Source: Armatimonadota bacterium
GTDB lineage: Bacteria > Sysuimicrobiota > Sysuimicrobiia > Sysuimicrobiales > Humicultoraceae
Reading direction: 5' to 3'
Assembly: GCA_052386995.1 (NCBI GenBank)
Contig: JBQTJP010000077.1
Span: 1-13,903, forward strand
DNA: 13,903 nucleotides
Shown here: piece after piece, positions 1 to 7,434 of the stretch
Layout of the letters: each line of letters opens with the position of its first letter
How positions within the stretch are numbered: the stretch's first letter is position 1
Notes under the pieces: model-generated
The model's input: the letters and a program-made list of their open reading frames with translations, nothing else
What the model was told of the DNA's origin: nothing
The model's database searches: none
Translations under genes and position numbers: made by a program

Positions 1-218
1 ACACGATCGGCCCGGCCGAAGCCGACAAGGTCATCGCGCAGTTGAAGCCCCGGCTGGTGATCCCCATGCACTTCAAGTCGAAGGTCAATGAAGGCTGGCC
101 GATCGGGACACTCGACGACTGCCTCAAGGGAAAGACCGGGACGAAGCGTGTAGGGCCCACCGCCACCATCACGGCCGCGACGCTGCCGGCCGGGACCGAG
201 GTCTGGTGCCTCGTCTGA
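1..218 (+). CDS. C-terminal fragment of a metallo-beta-lactamase-fold (Zn-dependent) hydrolase, truncated by the window start
   Basis: Own translation from position 3: TIGPAEADKVIAQLKPRLVIPMHFKSKVNEGWPIGTLDDCLKGK...LPAGTEVWCLV, TGA at 216-218. 'A..vi..LkP+.vIPMH' is the typical C-terminal metal-ligand motif of UPF0173/Lactamase_B-like proteins. Confidence 0.8.
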   Translation, partial: TIGPAEADKVIAQLKPRLVIPMHFKSKVNEGWPIGTLDDCLKGKTGTKRVGPTATITAATLPAGTEVWCLV

Positions 219-240
219 ACGTGTGTGGCCGAGGCGCCCC

Positions 241-273
241 AGCCCCGGCCCTTCACATTAGGGCTGCGGGGCT
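241..273. terminator. Hairpin between convergent genes, possible bidirectional terminator
   Basis: AGCCCCGGCCCT (241-252), loop TCACATT, AGGGCTGCGGGGCT (260-273) pair with a bulge, between the stops at 218 (+) and 272 (-). No clear U-tract on either strand. Confidence 0.45.
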
Positions 274-1759
274 AACCGCGCGCGGTCAGGTACTCCAGCA
301 ACGTACGCACGCCAAACCCCGAGGCGCCCTTGGGCTGCGCGGGGCCTGTGCCTTCATCGCGATCGAAGTACGCGACCGGCGCGATGTCGATATGCGCCCA
401 CGGCAGGCCGCCGGCAAACTCCCGGATGAACGCGGCGCCTTTCTGCGCGCCGCCGTACCGCCCGCTGGAGTTTTTGATGTCGGCCACCTCGCTGCGCATC
501 GCCTGACGATACTCCTCAAAGAGCGGCAGGGGCACCAGACGCTCGCCGGCGCGTCCTCCGGCCGCGATCAACCGGTCGACCAGCGCCTGATCGCTGCCCA
601 TGATGGCCGCCGCGTAGGGCCCCAGCGCGATCGCCGCGGACCCCGTCAGCGTCGCCAGATCAATGATCTCATCGGGGTTCGTCGACGCCAGATGTGCGAC
701 GGCGTCGGCGAGGATCAATCGCCCCTCGGCATCGGTGTTGTTGATCTCAATCGTGGTACCGTTGAGGGCGGTGACGATGTCGCCCGGCCGCATCGCCCGG
801 CTGCCGATCGCGTTCTCCACAGCGGCGATCGCAGCGATCACGCGCACCTGCGGCGCGACCAGCGGGAGCGACCGCATCGTGGCCAGCACCGCGGCGGCGC
901 CGGCCATATCGTCCTTCATCAGCGCCATGCTCTCGGCGGGCTTGACGTCCACGCCGCCGGTGTCAAAAGTGACGCCCTTGCCGGCCAGTGCCACGGTGCG
1001 CTTCGGCCGTGACGGCGCGTAGTCTATCACGATCAGCCGCGGCGTGTGCGCGCTGGCTCCCCCGACCGCGAGGATGACCTCCATACCCTTCTTCTTGAGG
1101 TCCTGGGGTCCCCAGACGGCGACTTTCAGCTTCGTTCCCCGCGTGACGCGCCGCGCCTCGGCGGCGACCGCCTCCGGCGTGAGCACATTGGGCGGCTCAT
1201 TGACGAGATCGCGCGCGTAGTTCACCGCCTCTGCGATGACCTGACCGCGGCGGCGGCCGGACTCGACCGAGGCCGCCTCGGCCCGGTTGGCTGTGAGCAA
1301 CTCGATGTTGACGTCGTGCTTCTTCTCTTTCCGGTATTTGGTGAACGCGTACGTGCCGAGCATCGCCCCCTCGGTGCGTGCGGCGGCGATGGCCGCCGGC
1401 TCCCAGTCCTTGTGCTGCAGCGGCGGAAACGCCAGGCGATTGAGATGTCGATCTTGCGCGGCGCGCGCCACGGCCGCGGCCGCGGTGCGGAGCCGGTCGA
1501 GCGTGAAGGCCGTCCGATCGCCGAGCCCCACGACCGCGATGCGCGCCGCCTGCAACCGCCCGTGCGTGTGCAGGATCAGGACTTTGCCGACTTCGCCGGT
1601 GAAGCGTTCCTCGTGGAGCACGCGGGCCACATGCCCGCCCAGCGCCTGATCCACCTTTGCGGCGGTGCCTTCAAGCCGTCCGGGAGCGCTGAAGACGCCG
1701 ACGGCCAGCACATCGGTGCGATGCGTGGTGGGATCGGCGACGGTCACGCGAACGGTCAC
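272..1759 (-). CDS. pepA: Cytosol leucyl aminopeptidase (peptidase family M17)
   Basis: 495 aa with M17 signatures GKGVTFDTGG, MKDDMAGAA, NNTDAEGRLILAD, DLATLTG and WAHIDIA. GTG start preceded by SD GAGGAGG (minus strand, 1767-1773). Confidence 0.95.
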   Translation of the reverse strand: MTVRVTVADPTTHRTDVLAVGVFSAPGRLEGTAAKVDQALGGHVARVLHEERFTGEVGKVLILHTHGRLQAARIAVVGLGDRTAFTLDRLRTAAAAVARAAQDRHLNRLAFPPLQHKDWEPAAIAAARTEGAMLGTYAFTKYRKEKKHDVNIELLTANRAEAASVESGRRRGQVIAEAVNYARDLVNEPPNVLTPEAVAAEARRVTRGTKLKVAVWGPQDLKKKGMEVILAVGGASAHTPRLIVIDYAPSRPKRTVALAGKGVTFDTGGVDVKPAESMALMKDDMAGAAAVLATMRSLPLVAPQVRVIAAIAAVENAIGSRAMRPGDIVTALNGTTIEINNTDAEGRLILADAVAHLASTNPDEIIDLATLTGSAAIALGPYAAAIMGSDQALVDRLIAAGGRAGERLVPLPLFEEYRQAMRSEVADIKNSSGRYGGAQKGAAFIREFAGGLPWAHIDIAPVAYFDRDEGTGPAQPKGASGFGVRTLLEYLTARG

Positions 1760-1789
1760 GGATGGTCCTCCTCGATCCTCGTTTTTGAT

Positions 1790-2770
1790 CTAGCGTCGAA
1801 CCCTCAGGGCATCTCCCGATGGGGAGAGACGCTGCCCCACCCCTGCCTCGGCCGCCCTGCGATAGAGCAGATCCATGGTCACAACGTCTTGCAGCGCAAT
1901 GCCCTGTGACTCGAACAGCGTGATCTCCCCCGCCGCCTGCCGGCCGGGACTCTTGCCCGCCGCGATTGCGCCAAACTCTACAACACGATCCCAGATCGCT
2001 TCGCCCTTCTGCCCGGCGGCGATGAGATCGCCACACTCGACGCGGGCCTGCTCCAGGGAGTCGACGGCGATGCGGTCACTCCGGCGCACCGCCGCCACGT
2101 CGAGCTCGCAGCGTGTGGCCGCGTTCGAGCCGACCGCGTTGACGTGCATGCCCGGCCGCAGCCAGTCACCCCGCAGCACGGGCTCGCGGGCCGACGTCGC
2201 GGTGACGATGACATCGCACCCCTCGACCGCCTCCTCGGCGCTGCCGACGGCGACGACCTCGGCGCCGAGCTCTGCGACCATGTCGCGGGCGAACGCCTCG
2301 CGGCGCTCTTCGGAGCGGCTGAATACTTTGACGAGCGCCACCGGCCGGATGCGTGCGATGGCCTGCACCTGACTGCGCGCCTGCCAGCCGGCGCCGATAA
2401 TACCGAGCGCCCCGGCGTCGGCTCGAGCCATGTACTTGGTGGCGACGGCGCTGGCTGCTCCGGTCCGCATCTGCCCGAGCCGGTCCGCTTCCGCGATCAC
2501 GGTCGCATCACCGTCTTCCAGGCGATAGACCACGGCGATAAATCGAGCGCCGCGCGACGTGACCGCATAGGACTTCACCCCCATCACGCCGAGCGTCGGA
2601 GCCGCGGCATGCATCACGTTGAGCACGCCCGAGGGCGTCACCGACCGTGTTCGCGGCTGATTCACCGCCGCGCCTTCGCCGAGCAACCGAAAACCGTGCT
2701 CGACGGCGGCAATCACGTCGTCCATGCGCAAGAGCGCACTCACGTCGGCCTCTGTCAGCCACAGTGCCAT
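1790..2770 (-). CDS. Ornithine cyclodeaminase / mu-crystallin family NAD(P)-dependent enzyme (substrate not assignable)
   Basis: GVKSY, MRTGAASAVA, Rossmann GIIGAGWQA, HVNAVGS and ITLFESQGIALQD. Start moved to ATG at 2770 (MALWLTEADV), which has GGAG upstream. 326 aa. Confidence 0.9.
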   Translation of the reverse strand: MALWLTEADVSALLRMDDVIAAVEHGFRLLGEGAAVNQPRTRSVTPSGVLNVMHAAAPTLGVMGVKSYAVTSRGARFIAVVYRLEDGDATVIAEADRLGQMRTGAASAVATKYMARADAGALGIIGAGWQARSQVQAIARIRPVALVKVFSRSEERREAFARDMVAELGAEVVAVGSAEEAVEGCDVIVTATSAREPVLRGDWLRPGMHVNAVGSNAATRCELDVAAVRRSDRIAVDSLEQARVECGDLIAAGQKGEAIWDRVVEFGAIAAGKSPGRQAAGEITLFESQGIALQDVVTMDLLYRRAAEAGVGQRLSPSGDALRVRR

Positions 2771-2932
2771 TGTCGCTCCACATTCGCCGTGCAGGGGACA
2801 GAAATGCAGTCCGGCCACGGTCAATCTTCCTCAACGTTCGGAAGGGCTCCTCTATTCGGTAGATCGGATGCAGGCGCCCTGGGCAGGGAACCACGCCGGT
2901 GAATCGAAGTCGGATCCGGAAAGCAAACTATA

Positions 2933-2946
2933 CGAACATACGTTCG
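2933..2946. promoter_or_regulatory. Putative LexA operator (Gram-positive/Cheo-type SOS box)
   Basis: CGAAC-ATAC-GTTCG is a perfect 5-4-5 palindrome fitting CGAACRNRYGTTCG. It is intergenic and lies 4 nt upstream of the AGGAGG SD (2951-2956). Confidence 0.7.
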
Positions 2947-2963
2947 CACCAGGAGGTCGCAAC

Positions 2964-3203
2964 ATGCCGACGCCAAGCCGCCGGCTGGTGATGTATTCGC
3001 TCATTGACTGACCCACCTGCGTGGAGGTGAGGCGTGTCCTCACCGAGCGAGGGGTCGACTTCGAAGAGATCGCGGTGGACGACGACGACGCGCTGCAGCG
3101 GCGCGTCGTCGAGATGAGCGGTCAGAATACGGTCCCGATCTTCGTGCATCCGGATGGCCGGATCGAGGTGGGATTCGAAGGGGAGACGGGCTGACACATC
3201 TAG
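2964..3203 (+). CDS. Glutaredoxin-like putative selenoprotein with UxxC active site and C-terminal U-x-x-stop (79 aa if both TGAs are recoded)
   Basis: SD AGGAGG at 2951-2956, ATG at 2964. Reads MPTPSRRLVMYSLID-U-PTCVEVRRVLTERGVDFEEIAVDDDDALQRRVVEMSGQNTVPIFVHPDGRIEVGFEGETG-U-HI-TAG. TGA 3009-3011 sits at the first Cys position of the Grx CxxC. The cis-Pro TVP motif and GF are present. Second TGA at 3192-3194, TAG at 3201-3203. Confidence 0.88.
3026..3044 (+). promoter_or_regulatory. Candidate bacterial SECIS hairpin for UGA 3009-3011
   Basis: GGTGAGG (3026-3032) / loop CGTGT / CCTCACC (3038-3044). Perfect 7-bp stem starting after a 14-nt spacer from the UGA, with G at loop position 2. Confidence 0.65.
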
Positions 3204-3204
3204 A

Positions 3205-4062
3205 TTACCGTGCCGGGAGCACGGTTTCGAGAAAACCCTGCAGCGCCCGCGGCGACGGCGTTCCGGCGTTCACGAAGGCGCGCCACGTCCCTCGCACGGA
3301 TTCCGCACCGGCCGCGTGCGGCGATGCTCTCAGCAAGGGCTCAGTCCAGGGGAGCGCATCGACTTTTAGAGCGGCTTCATCACAATAGTCCATCGCGGCC
3401 TCTAGGTAGTCCGCCAGCTCGCGGCCGCCCAGTTCCGGGAGGGGAGGCAGCGCGCCCCACCGATCCCTGTGAGCGGCGGCCAGCATCTGGATCAAAGCCC
3501 CAAGCGCCCCGAGGGCCCGCGCGCCTTCCCACCGGGACTGGATGTCACCGGCATCAGGGCCCGAGGCCGAGGCGCTGAGCGCCACCGCCTCGAGTTCCGC
3601 AGCCGCCAGTGTGGCGCGAATGGCTTCCACGAGCATTCGGGCCCCACCGCCAGGGCCCGCCCCGCCCACGATCGCCTCGGCGGCCTCCCGGGCTTTGTAC
3701 GCTTGCGCGGGCTTGGCGATCCGTGGCATCGTCGCGTGTCGGACGAAGAGGTGTTGCACGAGGAAGGGCAGCAGTTCCCGCCGTTCGTACCGCCGGGGAT
3801 CCGCGGCGATCTGGTCCACCGTGGCCTGGCGTACCCGCAGGCCGACGGTCTGCAGCGCTTCGACCCAGATCCGAAGCGGGATGAACACGAAGACGGCCCA
3901 GACGATGAGAACGAAGAACCATCGGTCGGCTCCGTATCCCAGGATCATCAGTGCGGCAAGCGAGGCGACAAACCCCAGGGCGCACACGACGATCAGCCAT
4001 CGCGCAAGTCTCCCGCGCGTTGCGTCCTCGGCAAACCGGCTGAGAAGGAAACGGAAGTCCAC
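3205..4062 (-). CDS. Hypothetical membrane protein (about 285 aa, two N-terminal TM segments, helical soluble C-terminus)
   Basis: The 3' part of track ORF 3205..4452. The upstream part of that ORF is antisense to YceI. GTG at 4062 (VDFRFLLSRF). Hydrophobic stretches WLIVVCALGFVASLAALMILGY and WFFVLIVWAVFVFIPLRIWV. Family not recognised. Confidence 0.7.
   Translation of the reverse strand: MDFRFLLSRFAEDATRGRLARWLIVVCALGFVASLAALMILGYGADRWFFVLIVWAVFVFIPLRIWVEALQTVGLRVRQATVDQIAADPRRYERRELLPFLVQHLFVRHATMPRIAKPAQAYKAREAAEAIVGGAGPGGGARMLVEAIRATLAAAELEAVALSASASGPDAGDIQSRWEGARALGALGALIQMLAAAHRDRWGALPPLPELGGRELADYLEAAMDYCDEAALKVDALPWTEPLLRASPHAAGAESVRGTWRAFVNAGTPSPRALQGFLETVLPAR
3207..3225 (+). promoter_or_regulatory. 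Candidate bacterial SECIS hairpin for UGA 3192-3194 (alternatively a terminator)
   Basis: ACCGTGC (3207-3213) / loop CGGGA / GCACGGT (3219-3225). Perfect 7-bp stem after a 12-nt spacer from the UGA, with G at loop position 2. Imperfect lower pairing between 3199-3204 and 3227-3232. Confidence 0.6.
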
Positions 4063-4068
4063 GGCGGA

Positions 4069-4097
4069 ACTGTGTTCGACACACGACACGCCGTCAA
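4069..4097 (-). promoter_or_regulatory. Possible sigma-70 promoter giving a leaderless transcript of the membrane hypothetical
   Basis: Minus strand: TTGACG (4097-4092), 17 nt, CACAGT (4074-4069), 6 nt, GTG (4062). No SD. The -10 match is weak. Confidence 0.35.
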
Positions 4098-4131
4098 CCT
4101 TGTGCACGGGTGCGTCACGGCGGGGAGGGCA

Positions 4132-4725
4132 ATGGCGCTGATCAGGCGATGGGTGTTGGCCGTAGTGCTGATCGTCCAGGCACCGGCACTGGTGCCGACG
4201 GGGACGTTCCGCATTGAGCCCGATACGCAGAGCGGTGCGACGCCGCGGCCCGCCGTCGAGTTCGTGATGCGCGACAACCGCGGAGGGTTTACCGGCTCGA
4301 CCGACAAGGTCGAAGGGACCGCGACCATCCGCGCCGAGGGCGAGAGCGTGGTCGCTGCCATCGAGGCCCGCATCGATGCCCGCACCCTGGTCACAGGCAA
4401 CGGGATGCGCGACGGGCAGATGCGGCGCGACTTTCTGCGCACCGACCAGCACCAGTACATCACCTTCCGGGGCACGGCGGCCCCGCGGGGCGGTCTCACC
4501 GCGAGCGTGATCCGCGCCGTGATGCGCGGCAGCCTCACCATTCGGGACACGACGCGCGAGATCGAGATGCCCCTGGAAATCGTGGCGCTTGCCGATGACT
4601 ATCGCGCATCCGGTGAGGTGACAGTGCGGTTGACGGAGTTTGGGATCCCGATCCCACGCTTTCTCATCTTCGTGGCTGAAGACCCGGTCGTCGTACGCCT
4701 GCGGGTTCGGCTGCGGCGGTCCTGA
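4132..4725 (+). CDS. YceI-family (lipid/polyisoprenoid-binding) exported protein
   Basis: ATG 4132 after GGGGAGGG. N-terminal signal-like hydrophobic segment. YceI pattern IDARTLVTGNGMRDGQMRRDFL..DQHQYITF, GSLTIRDTTREI and LTEFGI. 197 aa. Confidence 0.88.
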   Translation: MALIRRWVLAVVLIVQAPALVPTGTFRIEPDTQSGATPRPAVEFVMRDNRGGFTGSTDKVEGTATIRAEGESVVAAIEARIDARTLVTGNGMRDGQMRRDFLRTDQHQYITFRGTAAPRGGLTASVIRAVMRGSLTIRDTTREIEMPLEIVALADDYRASGEVTVRLTEFGIPIPRFLIFVAEDPVVVRLRVRLRRS

Positions 4726-4784
4726 CCCGCTCTCGGGAGGCGGCTCCAGGGACGCGGCCGGCTTCCGTCGAAATACTCCCGGCT

Positions 4785-6146
4785 ATGGACGCGGCGATCG
4801 CATACGCGCGCGAGCACCGCGGGCGCTTTCTCGACGACCTCCGCGACCTTATCCGAATCCCAAGCGTGAGCACCGCCCCGGAGCGCGCCGGCGATGTCGC
4901 ACGCGCCGCCCAGTGGATCGCGTCTCATCTCGAAGCACTGGGCTTCGCGACGCGCGTGGATCCCACCGACCGGCACCCGATCGTCCGCGCCGACTGGCTG
5001 AAGGCCGCGGGAGCACCGACGATCCTGTGCTACGCCCACTACGACGTCCAACCGCCCGAGCCGCTGGAGTTGTGGCGGCACCCGCCCTTCGAGCCCACCG
5101 TGGAGGACGGCGTGGTCTACGCGCGCGGCGCCTCCGACGACAAGGGGGGAGTGCTGATTCTCGTCAAGGCCATGGAGTCAATCCTGAGCACCGAGGGCGC
5201 GCTTCCGGTCAACGTGAAGTGCTTGCTCGAAGGCGAGGAGGAGATCGGCAGCCCGTCGATCGCCACCTATTTGCTCAAGGCCCGCCGATCGCTTGCCGCG
5301 GATGTCGCGCTTGTCATGGATGGGATCTTCTTTGCGCCAGGACTCCCGACGATCACGACCGCCCTGCGCGGCATGTTGTACACCGAGATCGAAGTGACCG
5401 GTGCGCGCGCGGATCTGCACTCCGGGTTGTATGGGGGCGCTGCGCCCAACGCCGTCGGGGCGGCGGCGTCGATCGTCGCAGCCCTGAAGGACCGGCGCGG
5501 TCGCATCCGGATTCCCGGGTTCTACAACCGGGTCCGGATGCCGGAAGCGACCGAACGCGCGGCGTGGGACCGCCTCCCGTTCGATGAATCCTCGTACCTT
5601 CGCGATCTTGGTGTCGACGCCGCCCCAGGCGAAGAGGGGTATTCGATCCTGGACCGGCTGTGGGCCCGGCCGACCCTCGACGTGCACGGGATCGGCGGGG
5701 GATTTACCGCCGAAGGCATGAAGACTGTGATCCCCGCTCGCGCCACCGCCAAGGTCAGCATGCGTCTGGTTCCCGATCAGCACCCCGACCGCATCTTCAA
5801 GCAATTGACGCGCTTCGTCCAGCGCATCGCACCGCCGGGCGTGCGCGTCGAGGTCCGCAAGCTGGCCTCGGGGCTGCCGGTTGTCATCTCTCCAGATGCG
5901 GCGTCGGTGCGGGCCGCCGCGCGTGCGATGGAGGCTGTCTACGGCAAGCCTCCGGTGTACGTTCGGATCGGCGGGAGCATCCCCATCGTGGCCGGCTTCA
6001 CGCAGACGCTCAAAATCCCCACCGTGCTCATGGGTTTTGGCCTTCCCGACGATAATTTTCACGCCCCCAACGAGAAGTTCAACCTGTCCAACTTCCAGCA
6101 AGGGATCGACACTGTGATCCGGTTCCTCTATCAGCTCCGTGGCTAA
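4785..6146 (+). CDS. M20 family metallo-dipeptidase (CNDP/Dug1-like, M20/M25/M40)
   Basis: 453 aa with YAHYDVQP, ARGASDDKG, EGEEEIGS, DLHSGLYGG, GGSIP and HAPNEKF motifs. Confidence 0.92.
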   Translation: MDAAIAYAREHRGRFLDDLRDLIRIPSVSTAPERAGDVARAAQWIASHLEALGFATRVDPTDRHPIVRADWLKAAGAPTILCYAHYDVQPPEPLELWRHPPFEPTVEDGVVYARGASDDKGGVLILVKAMESILSTEGALPVNVKCLLEGEEEIGSPSIATYLLKARRSLAADVALVMDGIFFAPGLPTITTALRGMLYTEIEVTGARADLHSGLYGGAAPNAVGAAASIVAALKDRRGRIRIPGFYNRVRMPEATERAAWDRLPFDESSYLRDLGVDAAPGEEGYSILDRLWARPTLDVHGIGGGFTAEGMKTVIPARATAKVSMRLVPDQHPDRIFKQLTRFVQRIAPPGVRVEVRKLASGLPVVISPDAASVRAAARAMEAVYGKPPVYVRIGGSIPIVAGFTQTLKIPTVLMGFGLPDDNFHAPNEKFNLSNFQQGIDTVIRFLYQLRG

Positions 6147-7434
6147 TCAAGTCCGGTCTGTGTCTTCCGGAGCCCAAGCCGCCGTGACGCCTGCGGCAGG
6201 CATGCCCGCCGGGTATCGATGGCTGGCCCGGATCGTCGGCACCATCGGGCTGGCACTGCTGATTCGAGCGTCCCTCGAACTTCCGGGGATCCCGTGGCCG
6301 GCCTGGGTGCTCTTCGGCGCCATGTCTGTGCTGGCCGCTCTGATCACCTTCACATTGCCGACGGGTATCACGTTCAATCCGCAGAGCGGCATCCGGCTGG
6401 CGGCGCTGTTCCTCTATGGATGGGAAGCCGCGGTCATCTTCAGCGCGCTCAGCCTGGCGGTCTTCTGGCTGCGCGAGCGCCGTCCGTTGCCCCGCGCCGT
6501 GTTCGACCTGGGCAATATCGTTATCAGCACATCGCTCGCGGCGACCATTGCCCCGGTAGGCGTCACGGGGCGCCCACCCGAGGCTATCGCGACCTTCGTG
6601 CTGGCCGGCGCCGTGTATGCGCTGGCCAACACCGCCTTCACGCACCTCGGGCGGGTGTTCCTGACCGGAGACCGGACGTTCCTGCAACTGCGGACCGCGG
6701 CGCGGACATTCGTGCTTCCGGCGAGCATGGCGCCGATAGGCTACATCATCGCGGTCCTCTTTCAAACCTTCGGCGACATCGGGCTGCTGGTGGGCCTGTC
6801 CTGCTGGCTGCTGGCGAGCCTGGCGCTCAAGAGCAGCTACGAAGCGCGGGCCGCGGGCGCGAGGCTGGCGGACACGAACCGCCGTCTGGAGGAAGCGCTT
6901 GTCGTCGTCGAGCGCCTGTCGATCACGGATCCGCTGACGGGTCTGTACAACCGCCGCCATTTCCGCGTGCGCCTGGAGGAGGAGTTCAGGCGTGAAGCCC
7001 GCGATGTGACCCCATTCAGCCTGATCCTGCTCGACCTCGTGGGATTCAAAGCCGTGAACGATACGGACGGGCATCTCGTCGGCGACCTCGTCCTCCAGCA
7101 GTTCTCGCGGTTGCTCGACGGCGCCGTGCGTCCCGGCGACCTGGTCTTCCGGTATGGCGGCGACGAGTTCGCCATAGTTCTGCCGCGCACCGAGAGGGGC
7201 GAGGCCGAGGCCGTCGCGACGCGCCTGGCGCGGCTGGTGGCGAAGTCGCCGTTCCTGGTCGAATCCAAGCGGTTCTTCCTGGGCCTCGACGCCGGCATCG
7301 CCACGGCGCCCGCCGACGGCGGCGACCCGGACGTGCTCATCGCGCGGGCTGATGCAGCCATGTACCGCGCGCGCGATCGCCGGCGGCGGACGGACGGGGC
7401 GCACACCGCGCACGGGGAGTCCCGCGAAGCGTGA
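6139..7434 (+). CDS. Membrane-anchored diguanylate cyclase (multi-TM N-terminus, coiled coil, GGDEF)
   Basis: About 6-8 hydrophobic segments, then TDPLTGLYNRR, DLVGFKAVND..GH..GD, RPGD I-site and an intact RYGGDEF. GTG start overlaps the upstream stop. Alternative ATG at 6202. Confidence 0.92.
   Translation: MANQVRSVSSGAQAAVTPAAGMPAGYRWLARIVGTIGLALLIRASLELPGIPWPAWVLFGAMSVLAALITFTLPTGITFNPQSGIRLAALFLYGWEAAVIFSALSLAVFWLRERRPLPRAVFDLGNIVISTSLAATIAPVGVTGRPPEAIATFVLAGAVYALANTAFTHLGRVFLTGDRTFLQLRTAARTFVLPASMAPIGYIIAVLFQTFGDIGLLVGLSCWLLASLALKSSYEARAAGARLADTNRRLEEALVVVERLSITDPLTGLYNRRHFRVRLEEEFRREARDVTPFSLILLDLVGFKAVNDTDGHLVGDLVLQQFSRLLDGAVRPGDLVFRYGGDEFAIVLPRTERGEAEAVATRLARLVAKSPFLVESKRFFLGLDAGIATAPADGGDPDVLIARADAAMYRARDRRRRTDGAHTAHGESREA

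Noticed and set aside
207..275. C-L-V-TGA at the end of the first gene, resembling CxxU with a downstream hairpin
   Set aside because: The hydrolase appears to end naturally here. The hairpin loop (UCACAUU) has no G and does not match the two Grx hairpins, so a terminator is the simpler reading.
3078..3089. (GAC)4 microsatellite
   Set aside because: It is a short in-frame Asp run within the Grx gene, with no sign of a phase-variation role.
2724..3197. Track ORFs 2724..3011 (+), 2852..3043 (-) and 2928..3197 (-)
   Set aside because: The first is an upstream extension of the Grx frame ending at the Sec codon. The other two are antisense shadows of the Grx gene.
2964..3203. Reading the glutaredoxin-like gene as a pseudogene or as an alternative genetic code
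   Set aside because: The internal stop falls exactly on the catalytic Cys position, with a downstream hairpin and an intact SD and frame. TGA ends several other genes here normally, so it is not globally reassigned.
4066..4078. GGAAC-TGT-GTTCG, resembling a second LexA box
   Set aside because: The spacer is 3 nt rather than the required 4. It may be chance or another factor's site.
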